Both the position numbers and the translations under genes were made by a program. A stretch of 64,000 nucleotides of DNA from a candidate division CPR3 bacterium GWF2_35_18 (lineage in GTDB: Bacteria; Patescibacteriota; CPR3; GWF2-35-18): contig MESW01000003.1 in NCBI GenBank assembly GCA_001771135.1, positions 8,719-72,718 on the forward strand, read 5' to 3'. Shown one piece after another: positions 19,288 through 30,002 of this stretch (positions are counted from its first letter, which is position 1; each line of letters begins with the position of its first letter). The notes beneath the pieces were generated by a model that saw only the letters and a list, made by a program, of their open reading frames with translations, was not told where the DNA came from and did not search any database.

Positions 19288-20622
19288 TCAAAGATCAAAT
19301 TCCTTTTTTAGCTTCATCTCACGTAATTTACGGTGGTAAGTGATTGCAAAGCGATGAGCTTCATCACGGATTTGTTGCAGTAACTGCAATTCTTTTGATT
19401 TTTTAGAAAGCTTAATCTTATGAAAGTTTACTTTAGATACTTCAAGTAAATTAGGTTGATTTTCCATATAAATCTCTTCTTCCTTTTTTGCCAGAGAGAT
19501 TATTGGAACTTGAAGTTTTAATAATCTTTGAATGGATATTGCTTTTGATAGCTGCCCTTCTCCCCCATCAATCACAATTAAATCGGGTAGTTTCCAATGT
19601 GACTTATCATTCAATCGGGAGAATCTTCTTTTTAGCATTTCATATAACATAAAATAGTCATCTGGAGTATCTTTGAATTTGATTTTAAAACGGCGATATT
19701 CTTTTTTGTCCGCTTCAGCGTTTGTAAAAACAACCATACTTCCGGTAGCCTGTTTTCCTTGAAAATTCGAGATATCATAGCATTCAATACGAGTAGGTAA
19801 TGTTTTCAACTTCAGGACTTTTTGCAAATTAATTAATACTTGAGTTCGAAGATCTTCGAGTAAGTTTGGAGCTTGAAGATATTCCTGAGGTAACCTGAAT
19901 TTTGTAGTTAAATATTCTAGTCTTTCGATTTGATCTCTGATTTGTGCGGCTTTTTCAAAACTTTCTGTTTCTGAGTGTTTTTGCATCTCTCGCTTCAAAT
20001 TCAAAGCGAGTGTTTTAGTTTTTCTTTGCAGGAAAGATTTGAGATAGTTAATCTCTTTTTGGTAATCAACAAAATTAATTTTATCTTCGCAGGGTGCTTG
20101 GCAAAGATGTAGATGATAATAAAGACAAACTTTATGTTTATTAAAACGATTTGTATTACAGCTACGGTAAGGGAAAACTTTTCTAATTTCGTCTAAGGTT
20201 AAACGAACAATCTTTGAGGATAAAAAAGGTCCAAAGCTGACTTTCCTTTCAGACTTCAGAATTTGGTTCATTCTTTCCGCATAAATTCTTGGAAATTCTT
20301 CTTTGGTAAAATGGATAAAAGAAAACGATTTATCGTCCTTGAGTTGATGATTATATTTCGGTTGTTTGCTATTAACTAGTTCCGCTTCAAGAAGTAGTGC
20401 TTCAATCTCTGATTCAACAATAATTGTTTTTATAGTTTTAATTTGGGAAACCATGAGTTTGGTCTTTGGTAAAAGAGTTGAAGATTTTTTGAAATAACTA
20501 GAAACTCTTTTCTGAAGATCTTTAGCTTTCCCGACATATAACAAACTTTTTGTCTCATCAGAAAATTGATAGATTCCTGGTTTATTAGGTATAGTTTTGT
20601 AATTTTTTGGGGTGAAATTCAT
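19288..20622 (-). CDS. uvrC: Excinuclease ABC subunit C (short form)
   Basis: 444 aa; N-terminal GIY-YIG (PGIYQF…LYVGKAKDLQKRVSSYF); followed by UvrC-type central region; no obvious C-terminal HhH pair. Confidence 0.8.
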   Translation of the reverse strand: MNFTPKNYKTIPNKPGIYQFSDETKSLLYVGKAKDLQKRVSSYFKKSSTLLPKTKLMVSQIKTIKTIIVESEIEALLLEAELVNSKQPKYNHQLKDDKSFSFIHFTKEEFPRIYAERMNQILKSERKVSFGPFLSSKIVRLTLDEIRKVFPYRSCNTNRFNKHKVCLYYHLHLCQAPCEDKINFVDYQKEINYLKSFLQRKTKTLALNLKREMQKHSETESFEKAAQIRDQIERLEYLTTKFRLPQEYLQAPNLLEDLRTQVLINLQKVLKLKTLPTRIECYDISNFQGKQATGSMVVFTNAEADKKEYRRFKIKFKDTPDDYFMLYEMLKRRFSRLNDKSHWKLPDLIVIDGGEGQLSKAISIQRLLKLQVPIISLAKKEEEIYMENQPNLLEVSKVNFHKIKLSKKSKELQLLQQIRDEAHRFAITYHRKLREMKLKKEFDL

Positions 20623-22571
20623 CTCTTGTTTTTCTTTCGTTTTGCTCTTTTATGACTTTTTTCTTGGAGGGAAAAAACAAAGAAGATACTTCCAATTAAT
20701 AGAATACCACCCAAAATTCCGATCAGAATGGGAATAAGATTCCACAAAAATGGGGAGAGTTTCAGACTACTTGTGGCTGTTTTTGTATATTCATTACCCA
20801 AAAGATCTTTCGCGGTAAAAGAAATATTCATATCCACCTTATCCATACTCCAAAACTGGGGATTAATTAGACTTACTGTCAGTTCCTTTTTCCCATAAGG
20901 AGAGATTGTCAAATTCTTTAAAACTTCAGAGTTGCGAATTTTTAAAGAATTCGACTTTAATTCAACTATACCATTATAGATAGTAAAAGCACTGTTATTG
21001 GTAATAATAAGCTTCACGTTTTGAGGAATAATTCCGGAAATCTGTAACTCTTTTTGATTTTTTAAAAATCCTGAGATCGGAAATAATTCCAAGGAAACAT
21101 TTGCGGCGATCTCTCTCTGAACATCAGAGAATGAAACCATGATATTTCCCTCTTTACCTGAATCTTTTTTATAAGTTCCGGGAGGATATGGTGTTTCTGA
21201 GGAAATTCCTTTTGTCACTAGAGCAAGATGATTTGTATCCAACTTTGAAAAATAATCCAGACTGGAAGCCGTTGATGACCATGTAGGATCAATTGGTAGC
21301 CATCCAAACGGAGGAATATATACTTCAACCCAGGCATGCAAAGCATCGATATAACCGATATTATCTTTTGCATTATAAGCATATCCATCAATTTCTCGAG
21401 CAGGAATTCCACTACTTCGAGCCAAGGCGATATAAAGATCAGCAAACTCCATACAGACAGCTTGATCTTTTTTGGATAAAGCTTCTTTGGCTCCAAATCG
21501 ATAAGGATTTTCAGTAAGTCTGGCATCGTTATATACAAGATTTTCGGTGACATATTTAAAGATAGATTTAGCTTTATCCGCTACTTTCTCCTGATCTTTG
21601 GTGATCTCATTGGCAATATTTTTGATCTCTGGATCATTTACCTCCCAGTAAGGTAGAGCTTTGGTATAGATAGCAAGATCTTTAGAAATATCAGATAGTT
21701 TTCCGGATTTACTTAAATCATTTTCCAGAAGCCAGACTTTGGCATATCCAGACACGACTACCTGGAATTTGGTGTTAGCTTCAAGTTCGTAATACCCCAA
21801 AATATTATCATCATTATCAAGTCGGGTGTTTATTGGAGATGGGTCAATAGTCTCTAAAAATACTTCTTGATTATTTTTGTCAGATGGAAAGGCAATTTCA
21901 GTATAGACTTTTTCGTTAGTAGGGTTATTGAGTTGATATCTTAGAGTAAAGTCAAAGCTTTGGTATTTTCCAAACGCCGCGTTTACGGAATTTTTGACTA
22001 AGTCCTCTTTCGCAAAAGTATACATATAATATTCACCTTCAGTAGTTTCTGTCTCTGGATTTGGCGAAACATAGCTTTTTTGACCGATTTTATTAGAAAC
22101 TTTCAGAATTAGATTATATGAATTGAACTGATCTAAATTCGCCATCTTGGGAATGGTTACTTCATAAATTTGTCCTTTTTTCTCAGTAATGTCATCCGAA
22201 GTGTAACCTAAATTCCAGGTAAAAGAGGTCTGTGGAGCCACAACGAGAGCGTTAAAATCAAAATCAACAATCAGTTTTTTATCTTCTTTGGTTGTTGTGA
22301 AAGGAATATCTCTTCCACTGTCGGTTTTGGCCCAGATATTTTCAATATTTCCTAGCTCTAAAGTAATTTGATACTCAGGAACATAATGATCATTGGTGAG
22401 ATTCTTTAGAGTTAGGTTTTGGTTAATCGAAGTTTTGCCGGCCTCGTTCACCAAATATTCAGTTTGACTGTCGATATCAAACACTTTATCTACTGCTGAA
22501 GTTACAATAGGAAAAAGGAAGTAAGAGATATTGAGAAAAAAGATAATAAAAAATGTGAAAATCTTTTTCAT
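20619..22571 (-). CDS. Transglutaminase-like (Cys-His-Asp) domain protein with signal peptide and C-terminal TM anchor
   Basis: 650 aa; core C(MEFADLYIALARSSGIPAR)…H(AWVEVY)…D(PT) spacing typical of transglutaminase-like superfamily; 4-nt overlap with uvrC. Confidence 0.65.
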   Translation of the reverse strand: MKKIFTFFIIFFLNISYFLFPIVTSAVDKVFDIDSQTEYLVNEAGKTSINQNLTLKNLTNDHYVPEYQITLELGNIENIWAKTDSGRDIPFTTTKEDKKLIVDFDFNALVVAPQTSFTWNLGYTSDDITEKKGQIYEVTIPKMANLDQFNSYNLILKVSNKIGQKSYVSPNPETETTEGEYYMYTFAKEDLVKNSVNAAFGKYQSFDFTLRYQLNNPTNEKVYTEIAFPSDKNNQEVFLETIDPSPINTRLDNDDNILGYYELEANTKFQVVVSGYAKVWLLENDLSKSGKLSDISKDLAIYTKALPYWEVNDPEIKNIANEITKDQEKVADKAKSIFKYVTENLVYNDARLTENPYRFGAKEALSKKDQAVCMEFADLYIALARSSGIPAREIDGYAYNAKDNIGYIDALHAWVEVYIPPFGWLPIDPTWSSTASSLDYFSKLDTNHLALVTKGISSETPYPPGTYKKDSGKEGNIMVSFSDVQREIAANVSLELFPISGFLKNQKELQISGIIPQNVKLIITNNSAFTIYNGIVELKSNSLKIRNSEVLKNLTISPYGKKELTVSLINPQFWSMDKVDMNISFTAKDLLGNEYTKTATSSLKLSPFLWNLIPILIGILGGILLIGSIFFVFSLQEKSHKRAKRKKNKR

Positions 22572-22692
22572 GGTTACAAGGATAACAAATCTTCGGAATA
22601 AATACTAATATCTAAGAACTAAATTCTAAACAAATCGCAAAAATCAAAACCACAATTACAAGCTTAAAATTGAAACATTTTAAGAATTTGAG

Positions 22693-25692
22693 TTAACCTT
22701 TGATATTTGAGTTTTGAGTTATAAGTTTTTGTAGATATTGACCGGTATAAGATTCTTTAGTATTCGCGATCTCTTCGGGTTTACCCATCGCAATAATTCT
22801 TCCTCCTTCATCTCCACCTTCTGGACCCAAATCAATTACGTAATCAGCATTTTTAATGACATCAAGATTGTGCTCGATAATAATTATTGTGTTACCATGA
22901 GCAACCAGTCGTTTCAAGACATTAAGAAGCTTTTCAATATCGGCAAAATGAAGACCGGTTGTGGGTTCATCAAGAAGATAAAGAGTTCTACCCGTTTGCT
23001 TTTTGGATAGTTCTGAAGCCAATTTCACACGTTGAGCTTCTCCACCGGAGAGCGTTGGAGCCGGTTGACCCAGGCGAATATATGATAATCCCACGTCAAA
23101 AAGAGTTTCCAGTTTCGATGCAATCCGAGGAATATTGGTAAAGAATTTCATTCCCTCTTCAACGGTCATATTTAAAATTTCAGAGATATTTTTATCTTTA
23201 TAATGAATTTCGAGAGTATCACGGTTATATCTTTTACCATTACAAGCTTCACAGGTAACATATACATCAGGTAAAAACTGCATTTCAATTTTAATCATCC
23301 CTTCCCCTTCACAGTTTTCACATCGACCGCCTTTGACATTGAACGAAAATCTTCCCATCTGGTAGCCACGGGCGCGAGATTCCGGAGTATCAGTAAAAAG
23401 ATCTCGAATATGATTAAAAACTCCAGTGTAAGTAGCCGGATTAGAGCGTGGTGTACGACCAATTGGAGACTGATCAATCAAAATAACTTTGTCGATAAAC
23501 TCCATGCCTTTTATTTTTTTGTAAGAGCCGGGCTTAATATTTCCTTCTTTTAATTGTTCTTTGAGAGCGTAATATAGAGTATCATGAATTAAGGTCGATT
23601 TTCCGGATCCAGAAACACCGGTAATACAGATAAATTGGCCTAACGGAAAGGAAACCGTGAGATTCTTGAGATTGTGATCTGTAGCTCCAATAAGCTCTAA
23701 ACTGTGAGTATTCTTTGATTTTTGATGGAGATTATTTTTAAGCAAAAATTCTTCTGAAACATAAGGTTTGATCTGTTTTTGGTTTGACAAATATTTTCCG
23801 GTAACTGAATTTTTATCGTTTTTAATATGCTCCGGAGTTCCCTGACTAACGATCTGTCCACCATGTTCTCCAGCCCCTGGTCCAAAATCAACTACATAAT
23901 CAGCGCTTTCGATCATCTCGGCGTCATGTTCAACGACAATAACCGTGTTTCCGAGGTCTCGTAAACGTTTTAGCGTATTTATAAGTCGAGTGTTGTCTCT
24001 TTGATGTAGTCCAATTGTAGGTTCGTCCAGAATATACAAAACGCCAGTTAATCCGGAACCGATCTGTGAAGCAAGTCTGATTCTTTGCATCTCTCCTCCG
24101 GCTAAAGTATTGGCACTACGGCTTAAAGTCAGATAATCAAGGCCCACGTCAATTAAAAACTGCAAGCGAGCCATAGTTTCTTTTAGGATTGGTTTCGCAA
24201 TGATCGTTTCTCTTTCTGATAGTAAGGAGTTATTGTTTTCGCTTAAATCAGACAACCATTTGTGCAGTTTTCTAATAGCATATTCGCTAATTTGAGCAAT
24301 ATTAATCTCATAAATTGTGACGCCTAGAGATTCTGGTTTCAGTCTTTTTCCTTGACAGGTAGGACAGGGATCAAGACGCATAAATTTTTCAATCTCTCCA
24401 CGGATAAAATCAGAATCAGTCTGTTTATATCGTCTTTCTAAATTGGGAATAATGCCTTCAAAAGTCGTGGTATACTGCTTGATTTTATGAGTAGAGTCAT
24501 CACCGAGAATGGTATAACTTTCGTCTCCAGTGCCATACAGAACTAGATTCAATTCTTTTTCAGAAAAGCGAATAACCGGTTTTTGGAGATCAATTTGGTG
24601 GGATTTTGCAACTTCTTCTAGGAGTCGAAACATCCAAGAATCATAAGAAAGCATGCGAGCATAAGGAATTATCGCTCCCTCTGCAATAGTTAAATTCGGC
24701 GCTAAAATCAGGCTTTTATCCACGTTCAAAGTAGTCCCAATACCAGTACAGGTCGGACAAGCTCCGTGTGGAGTATTAAAGGAAAAATTTCGCGGTTCAA
24801 GCTCTGGTAATGAAATATTACATTCTGGGCAAGCGAATCTTTCAGAAAAAAGATGATCTGCGGTTACTTTAGGAAAGGTAGGAACTTCAAACGAAGCGTC
24901 TTTAATTTCAGCGACGATAAGATTACTTTCCCCAAGTTTCAGTCCTTGCTCCGTAAGTTCAATAATTTTTTGCCGGAGAGTTTCCGGATTTTGGTTATTA
25001 TCAAGAACGATTCGTCCAATTTCTACATCAATACTATGTTTATTAGTCTTTATTAAAACAAAATCTTCTTGAAGACTGCGAAATTCACCGTCAATTCGGA
25101 CGTTAAAATATCCACGTTGACGTAGCGAGTCAAAAAGTTTGGAATATTCTCCTTTACGATCTTTAATAAGTGGAGCGAGAAAAATTAATCGTATCCCCCG
25201 TTTTTTCGCTAATTTGTCATTATTATCACCGATTTTAAAAATCTGATTTACAATTTGGGGAATAGTTTGATGACTGATTTCGCGGCCGCAATTCGGACAA
25301 TGCGGGTGTCCAATGCGAGCATATAATACTCTTAAATAATCATAAATCTCGGTAATTGTTCCCACTGTGGAACGAGGATTGTGGCTTGTGGTCTTTTGAG
25401 TGATCGAGATTGCTGGAGAAAGTCCTTCAATGGAATCGACATCAGGTTTATCCATAACTCCCAAAAATTGACGGGCGTATGATGAAAGAGATTCGACATA
25501 ACGGCGTTGACCCTCCGCATAGATCGTATCAATTGCCAAAGAAGACTTTCCGGAACCTGATAAACCGGTAAAAACCACGAGTTTATTACGTGGGATATCA
25601 ACATTTATATTCTTGAGATTGTGTTGGCGAGCGCCGCGGATAATAATGTTTTGCATAATTACCAAATATAACCCGAAATTATTAGTATACAA
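22693..25692 (-). CDS. uvrA: Excinuclease ABC subunit A
   Basis: 999 aa; two ABC ATPase modules with [10 protein letters not shown] and [10 protein letters not shown] Walker A motifs, LSGGE signatures, Zn-finger Cys clusters. Confidence 0.95.
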   Translation of the reverse strand: MYTNNFGLYLVIMQNIIIRGARQHNLKNINVDIPRNKLVVFTGLSGSGKSSLAIDTIYAEGQRRYVESLSSYARQFLGVMDKPDVDSIEGLSPAISITQKTTSHNPRSTVGTITEIYDYLRVLYARIGHPHCPNCGREISHQTIPQIVNQIFKIGDNNDKLAKKRGIRLIFLAPLIKDRKGEYSKLFDSLRQRGYFNVRIDGEFRSLQEDFVLIKTNKHSIDVEIGRIVLDNNQNPETLRQKIIELTEQGLKLGESNLIVAEIKDASFEVPTFPKVTADHLFSERFACPECNISLPELEPRNFSFNTPHGACPTCTGIGTTLNVDKSLILAPNLTIAEGAIIPYARMLSYDSWMFRLLEEVAKSHQIDLQKPVIRFSEKELNLVLYGTGDESYTILGDDSTHKIKQYTTTFEGIIPNLERRYKQTDSDFIRGEIEKFMRLDPCPTCQGKRLKPESLGVTIYEINIAQISEYAIRKLHKWLSDLSENNNSLLSERETIIAKPILKETMARLQFLIDVGLDYLTLSRSANTLAGGEMQRIRLASQIGSGLTGVLYILDEPTIGLHQRDNTRLINTLKRLRDLGNTVIVVEHDAEMIESADYVVDFGPGAGEHGGQIVSQGTPEHIKNDKNSVTGKYLSNQKQIKPYVSEEFLLKNNLHQKSKNTHSLELIGATDHNLKNLTVSFPLGQFICITGVSGSGKSTLIHDTLYYALKEQLKEGNIKPGSYKKIKGMEFIDKVILIDQSPIGRTPRSNPATYTGVFNHIRDLFTDTPESRARGYQMGRFSFNVKGGRCENCEGEGMIKIEMQFLPDVYVTCEACNGKRYNRDTLEIHYKDKNISEILNMTVEEGMKFFTNIPRIASKLETLFDVGLSYIRLGQPAPTLSGGEAQRVKLASELSKKQTGRTLYLLDEPTTGLHFADIEKLLNVLKRLVAHGNTIIIIEHNLDVIKNADYVIDLGPEGGDEGGRIIAMGKPEEIANTKESYTGQYLQKLITQNSNIKG

Positions 25693-25928
25693 TATCTATA
25701 TAACTTTTACAATAATAAATGTAATAAATAGATAATAATCATCAACTTTTGATGCAGATTGTAGGAAGATGAGTATATAACTGTCAAGAAAATGTAAGAG
25801 GTAAAAGAATGGAAATTAAAAGATGAGAAGATTGAAGTTAGAAATTAAGAGAAAGAAAAAAGGATCTGGAGTAAAAAAACTCAAGCTGACGGCGAAGCAG
25901 TCAGATCCTTTTAAATTGAAAAAAGCCG

Positions 25929-26132
25929 TTATGAAAGGCGGGGACGATTATAAAAACCAAATCGCCAGATAATAAAAAGCGATTGTGCTATAAATACGAA
26001 CCCGCCGATTCCGGAAAGGTTGGATGATTCGAATATCGATTCGCCAGTGACCATGAAGATGAACGCGAATAGATATGCTACAAACCACCAGAGCCAGAAC
26101 CAAAACTTATTATTTGGATTTTGAGCAAACAT
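25929..26132 (-). CDS. Small hydrophobic hypothetical protein
   Basis: 67 aa, two hydrophobic segments; weak. Confidence 0.25.
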   Translation of the reverse strand: MFAQNPNNKFWFWLWWFVAYLFAFIFMVTGESIFESSNLSGIGGFVFIAQSLFIIWRFGFYNRPRLS

Positions 26133-26373
26133 CTCTTCTCCTCTCTGAATTGAATCGTTTATTAGTGTTTATTAATGTCCTTTTAGGACAATGATAACTT
26201 CTTGAGAAAGAAAAAGGGAACGATGAAACCAAAGATATTGACGCTAACATGCAAGCATGTCAAGGTGAATAATTTTTGGGTCGTTCCCCCTTCTCTCTTT
26301 TTTTCTTCCTGCGAAGGCAGGTTCAGAACCTTCGTACAGATGCACGAAATTCTGGTTCTGAACCAACCCTCAA

Positions 26374-26444
26374 TTGGGAGGGTGGGATTTGAACCCACAA
26401 CCTGAGATTGTGAATCTCATGCTCAGCCGTTGAGCTTCCTCCCA
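26374..26444 (-). tRNA. tRNA-Val (anticodon CAC)
   Basis: Minus strand: acceptor TGGGAGG/CCTCCCA (U1-A72), D-arm GCTCAACGGCTGAGC, anticodon arm TGAGA-TTCACAA-TCTCA, T-arm GTGGGTTCAAATCCCAC. Confidence 0.75.
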
Positions 26445-26446
26445 AG

Positions 26447-26519
26447 TGGCGCTGCGTGGATTTGAACCACGGTTTCAGGATCATGAGTCCTGACGGCGTC
26501 CAGACTGCCTTACAGCGCC
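26447..26519 (-). tRNA. tRNA-Met/Ile2 type (anticodon CAT)
   Basis: Minus strand: acceptor GGCGCTG/CAGCGCC, anticodon arm CAGGA-CTCATGA-TCCTG, T-arm GTGGTTCAAATCCAC; 2 nt from tRNA-Val. Confidence 0.8.
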
Positions 26520-26732
26520 TAATGAAAACGAAAGTCTGTTTAGATACAGTAAAATCATAATTTCCGTCGAAACTTAGATTATGGATTCTCTGTACCTCCA
26601 CGGTTCCATCGAGGTAAGCGCTAATCTTCCCGAGCTAGTAACTTCCAAGAAACGAATTCTTGGGAAACTCGAGACAGAATGCTTAACACCGTTTGGCTCC
26701 AGACTTTCATGATGTGCCTCATCACATCATCT

Positions 26733-26805
26733 GCGCGCCTGCTGCGAATTGAACGCAGTACCTTTTGCTCCGAGAGCGAACGCTCTACCAGATGAGCTAC
26801 AGGCG
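26733..26805 (-). tRNA. tRNA, probably Arg (anticodon TCG); anticodon stem has one C·A mismatch
   Basis: Minus strand: acceptor GCGCCTG/CAGGCGC, D-arm GCTCATCTGGTAGAGC, loop TCTCGGA, T-arm CTGCGTTCAATTCGCAG. Confidence 0.6.
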
Positions 26806-27095
26806 CGATTATAAATCCTTTGGAATCTGAAGTATTAAAAATCAGCAAAGACAAAAGTCTTTGAACCCGACTAAAATTTACTCCATCAGATTCCTTTGGA
26901 TGAGGGTTACCTCTTGCTGTTATCCTCGGGCGGGATATAACTCTATTAATGTAGAGCTTGAAAAAAACAATTCCAGATTCCCTTTTTGTGGGAACCTCCA
27001 GAGAACCTGGAATTGTTTGGTTTGCCGTGGGCGCCTTCAGTTCCCTTACGGCGGGGATGTCAGTTTTCCTTTAGGAGGAGTAAGGAAACACTGTT

Positions 27096-27560
27096 TTATT
27101 CTTCATCATCAATGACGAACGGGTGGCAATTGCCACAACGGTCGCAGAGGTTGGTCTCTGGATTTCTCAACACACGGTGCGGTGACAGAAAGTTCTTACA
27201 ACCATACGTGGTGCAGCGACCCCAACGGCCGGTTTCCATTCGAGCAAAGATGTCCAGAACTCCTTTGACATAGGCTTGATCGTGATCCAGTAGAGCAGCT
27301 TGACGTTGGAACTCAGCAGTAGCGCTTGCCAGATCGAGGTCGTCAGGACAACACTCTACAACCGTGTCAGGGGCTGGTTTTTGCCAGTTTTTGAAGCCGT
27401 TGGCTTTCGTGGTCAGATGCTTCAAAGCATACGGCAATAACACTGGAACCCATTGTTCAGGTTTGAGCTGTTGTAGGATCACATCGGCTCGACTAGGGAC
27501 GCTTTTCGGATCAGCCTTTTCCAGCAAGGCTTCCAATTCGTGAATCAAATCAGTAATCAC
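27096..27560 (-). CDS. Island hypothetical protein with C-terminal Cys-rich (zinc-ribbon-like) tail
   Basis: 154 aa, GC-rich codons; C-terminus CTTYGC…CDRCGNCH. Confidence 0.5.
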   Translation of the reverse strand: MITDLIHELEALLEKADPKSVPSRADVILQQLKPEQWVPVLLPYALKHLTTKANGFKNWQKPAPDTVVECCPDDLDLASATAEFQRQAALLDHDQAYVKGVLDIFARMETGRWGRCTTYGCKNFLSPHRVLRNPETNLCDRCGNCHPFVIDDEE

Positions 27561-27682
27561 AGGTTATACTCCTAAGTTGAATGTTCCCGGGCGTGGCGCC
27601 TCGAGAGGAGGGCCGACACACACCGGGTGGATTGATGGAACAAAATGTTCGGTGTGCAAAACTTTATGTTGTCGGTAACCTC

Positions 27683-28162
27683 CTATTGATCAAAATCGTA
27701 ACCGGGAAATTCGGCGGAGTTCAACACTTTAACCCCATGATACATGCGTCCAAGCTCCATGAAACCGATCTGCAAGGGTTCTAGAGAACCTAATCCAGGT
27801 TTCAGCGCGTACTGCCAATCGCAGACTGAGGGAAAACGTACTGCTCCATGCCACATACATGGACTCCACGCTGAAAGCTGTGGACAAGTGATGTCAGGTT
27901 CGGCTTTTGGGCAGAAAGAGCAACCCAACTGGTGCCAGCGGAGAGCATAAGCCTGGTAGAGGTCTTTGTCAGAGGGGTTGTTCACCCATAACATTACCAT
28001 CGGCCAAGTAATTACGCCGCTGGAAAAGCCAGGGATGGCTTTCACGACTTTGAGCAGTTCTGGGGTTGTAACCTGATCGAACCAACGTGGATCGACAAAT
28101 TGAGCTGCTCGCAGATCAAAGCCCAGAAGCGGTTCATGGTTGATAATAAGGAGTTGACTCAC
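27683..28162 (-). CDS. Island hypothetical Cys/Trp-rich protein
   Basis: 159 aa; GTG start preceded by AGGAGG; multiple Cys (CSFCP, CPQLSAWSPCMWHG, CDW). Confidence 0.5.
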   Translation of the reverse strand: MSQLLIINHEPLLGFDLRAAQFVDPRWFDQVTTPELLKVVKAIPGFSSGVITWPMVMLWVNNPSDKDLYQAYALRWHQLGCSFCPKAEPDITCPQLSAWSPCMWHGAVRFPSVCDWQYALKPGLGSLEPLQIGFMELGRMYHGVKVLNSAEFPGYDFDQ

Positions 28163-28174
28163 GGATACCTCCTA

Positions 28175-28411
28175 TTAATTTACCACGGCAAGAACCGGAA
28201 TGGATTGCTGAAGGGTGATCAAATACTGGCGACCGGTATTGGTAATGCGAACAATACGGTTTTCGTCGATAGTGATATAGCCAGCATTTTTCAGGTAACC
28301 CAGATTCGTGGATTTGTTAATGACACGTTGACGAACCTGAATACCTTCTTCTCCTGCAGTTTGAAGGTTTTCCAGAATCTTGCCAATGGGGGTAGAGCAG
28401 ATAATGTACAT
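28175..28411 (-). CDS. Island small hypothetical protein
   Basis: 78 aa; AAGGAG RBS 6 nt upstream; first gene of a 3-gene minus-strand operon. Confidence 0.45.
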   Translation of the reverse strand: MYIICSTPIGKILENLQTAGEEGIQVRQRVINKSTNLGYLKNAGYITIDENRIVRITNTGRQYLITLQQSIPVLAVVN

Positions 28412-28652
28412 GGTTCTCCTTAGAACGAAAATAAGCTGATTGTTATTGGAGTCTATTACGACTTTTTGAAGGACTTGGAGACGTCAATCGGTTCTCCGAA
28501 TGACGTTATGAAATAGGACAGAAAAGTTCCACGGTCTCCTCCTTTCGAATTGACCCGCGATTGGGGAAAGCGGGTTAAAAATGATCATATCGGCTTTTTA
28601 GCCGGGATGATTACAAGTGATAAATTATGAGGTGCAAAAAATATTAGGTAGT

Positions 28653-28709
28653 TCTTCGACTACGTTCAGAAACTAAATATTTGCTGAGTGCAATCGAAGC
28701 ATTACCTAT
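28653..28709. repeat. 57-bp repeat copy 1 (TCTTCGACTACGTTCA-N14-GCTGAGTGCAATCGAAGCATTACCTAT), 3' of csp-like gene
   Basis: Identical 16-nt and 27-nt blocks shared with 29931-29987; CTTCGA/TCGAAG arms can pair. Confidence 0.8.
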
Positions 28710-28942
28710 AAATCCGCCTTCGGCGAGATTGATAAACTCTAAGTTCATTCTTTACTAAGATTTCATCAAAAGAAAAAGCAGGGCTAGTAATAAGTATGAG
28801 AATTATATATGAAAAATAATAAATTCGCTATTTTTACTAGCCCTTTTTGTCTCTCTCTTTCTCTTTGTGGTAAAAAACCACAGATAATTGCGTGTACGCA
28901 TCAACCTGACGGTCGGTGCGTACGTGGTGGAGACAGATTCCC

Positions 28943-29650
28943 CTAATCCCCCTTTTGATCCTCCTGGAATTGAGCAACAACTTTTGGTTCGAATTCAACG
29001 CCTACGTCCAAGCCGCCAGCATAGTACTTACGGGCGCGTGCCAGATCGCCTTGATTCAAAGCAAGGTTTACAAAGAACGGGATATACAAGCACATGGCTT
29101 GCATGTTCAACTTTTCCCATTCCTCGCCTTTGCCCTTGCGAGCTTTTTTCTTCCGTACATCCTTGAGATTTTCCGCATTTACCTCAGTAGGATTTGCCTC
29201 AAAATCGGCAATAGCTTGACGTAAAACTTCCAAACTATATTCAGGTGATGCTGTCGGGATGGAACTTGATACTTTTGGTGTCAAGGATTGGCGTGGAGCT
29301 GCAGGAGGTTCAACCAAGTGTGAGCGATATGGTTGATCGTAAGATTGAATCGGCGTCCGAGTTGGCGTGCGTACCTGTTGATACTGATCTTGATGATTTG
29401 GTTCAGGATCGAAGCAACGTTGTCCTTTTGGTGGTTGACCAACAAGCGTTGCAGAAACAACCTGTTTTTGACCAAACTTTTTGGGGTTTGGACCAATAGT
29501 AACGTTATCAAGATACAATTCACGCAAGTTAGCTCCATACTCTGGTTGGTTTGTTAACGCAGTTACGTGAAAATACAAGCCATCTTGAAAATCCGGATGT
29601 TCAATAAAACCAAACCCTTTTCCCGGAAAGAAAACATATATCCTATACAT
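28943..29650 (-). CDS. Cold-shock-domain protein with long low-complexity C-terminal extension
   Basis: 235 aa; N-terminal GKGFGFIEHP…GLYFHVTAL CSD/RNP1-like motifs (~70 aa), then Pro/Gln/Lys-rich tail. Confidence 0.75.
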   Translation of the reverse strand: MYRIYVFFPGKGFGFIEHPDFQDGLYFHVTALTNQPEYGANLRELYLDNVTIGPNPKKFGQKQVVSATLVGQPPKGQRCFDPEPNHQDQYQQVRTPTRTPIQSYDQPYRSHLVEPPAAPRQSLTPKVSSSIPTASPEYSLEVLRQAIADFEANPTEVNAENLKDVRKKKARKGKGEEWEKLNMQAMCLYIPFFVNLALNQGDLARARKYYAGGLDVGVEFEPKVVAQFQEDQKGD

Positions 29651-29930
29651 AGTCTGTCTCCAAATGTGTAATGTGTGATATTCATGTGGCTAAATTTTAA
29701 CGATGGGTCATTAAACGACCTGAAAAGATAAGAATTCTAAAGGTTGTTTGAGATAGGAATCCTCCTTGAATTTGAACTTGTTCTCCAGTCAGCTTTTGCC
29801 GAGCGGAGTTTGGTAAAACCTTTTCCACTTTTGTGGTCAAGGGAAGAGAAAACAGGAAAAAAGTTATTAATTCCTATCCTCTATTCCCTTGAACACTAGA
29901 TTTAAGGTGCTAGTTATATATAAAGGTAAA

Positions 29931-29987
29931 TCTTCGACTACGTTCATATGATAATTAATTGCTGAGTGCAATCGAAGCATTACCTAT
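29931..29987. repeat. 57-bp repeat copy 2, 5' of csp-like gene
   Basis: See copy 1; loose similarity extends about 25 bp further upstream (AGGTGC…AGGTA…). Confidence 0.8.
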
Positions 29988-30002
29988 TTTTAAAAAGAGA
30001 CG

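Noticed and set aside
21218-21553. Two small ORFs (both strands) inside the transglutaminase-like gene
   Set aside because: Alternative-frame artefacts; no independent signals.
22738-25604. Several 60-90-aa ORFs inside/antisense to uvrA
   Set aside because: Nested in a 999-aa conserved gene; spurious.
25700-26370. LexA-type palindrome upstream of uvrA
   Set aside because: Scanned for the TTCGGGTA/TACCCGAA motif found at lexA; not present by eye, so no operator claimed here.
26860-27095. Possible tmRNA or other structured RNA between tRNA-Arg and first island gene
   Set aside because: Looked for tmRNA hallmarks (5' GGGG…, tag-reading frame, 3' tRNA-like CCA end) and found none; it is 5'UTR plus promoter for the minus-strand operon.
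28916-29557. Plus-strand ORFs 28888..29166, 28916..29224, 29245..29499, 29333..29557 and the 85-aa minus-strand ORF 29281..29538
   Set aside because: Antisense or alternative-frame to the csp-like gene; GC-rich sequences generate long antisense frames.
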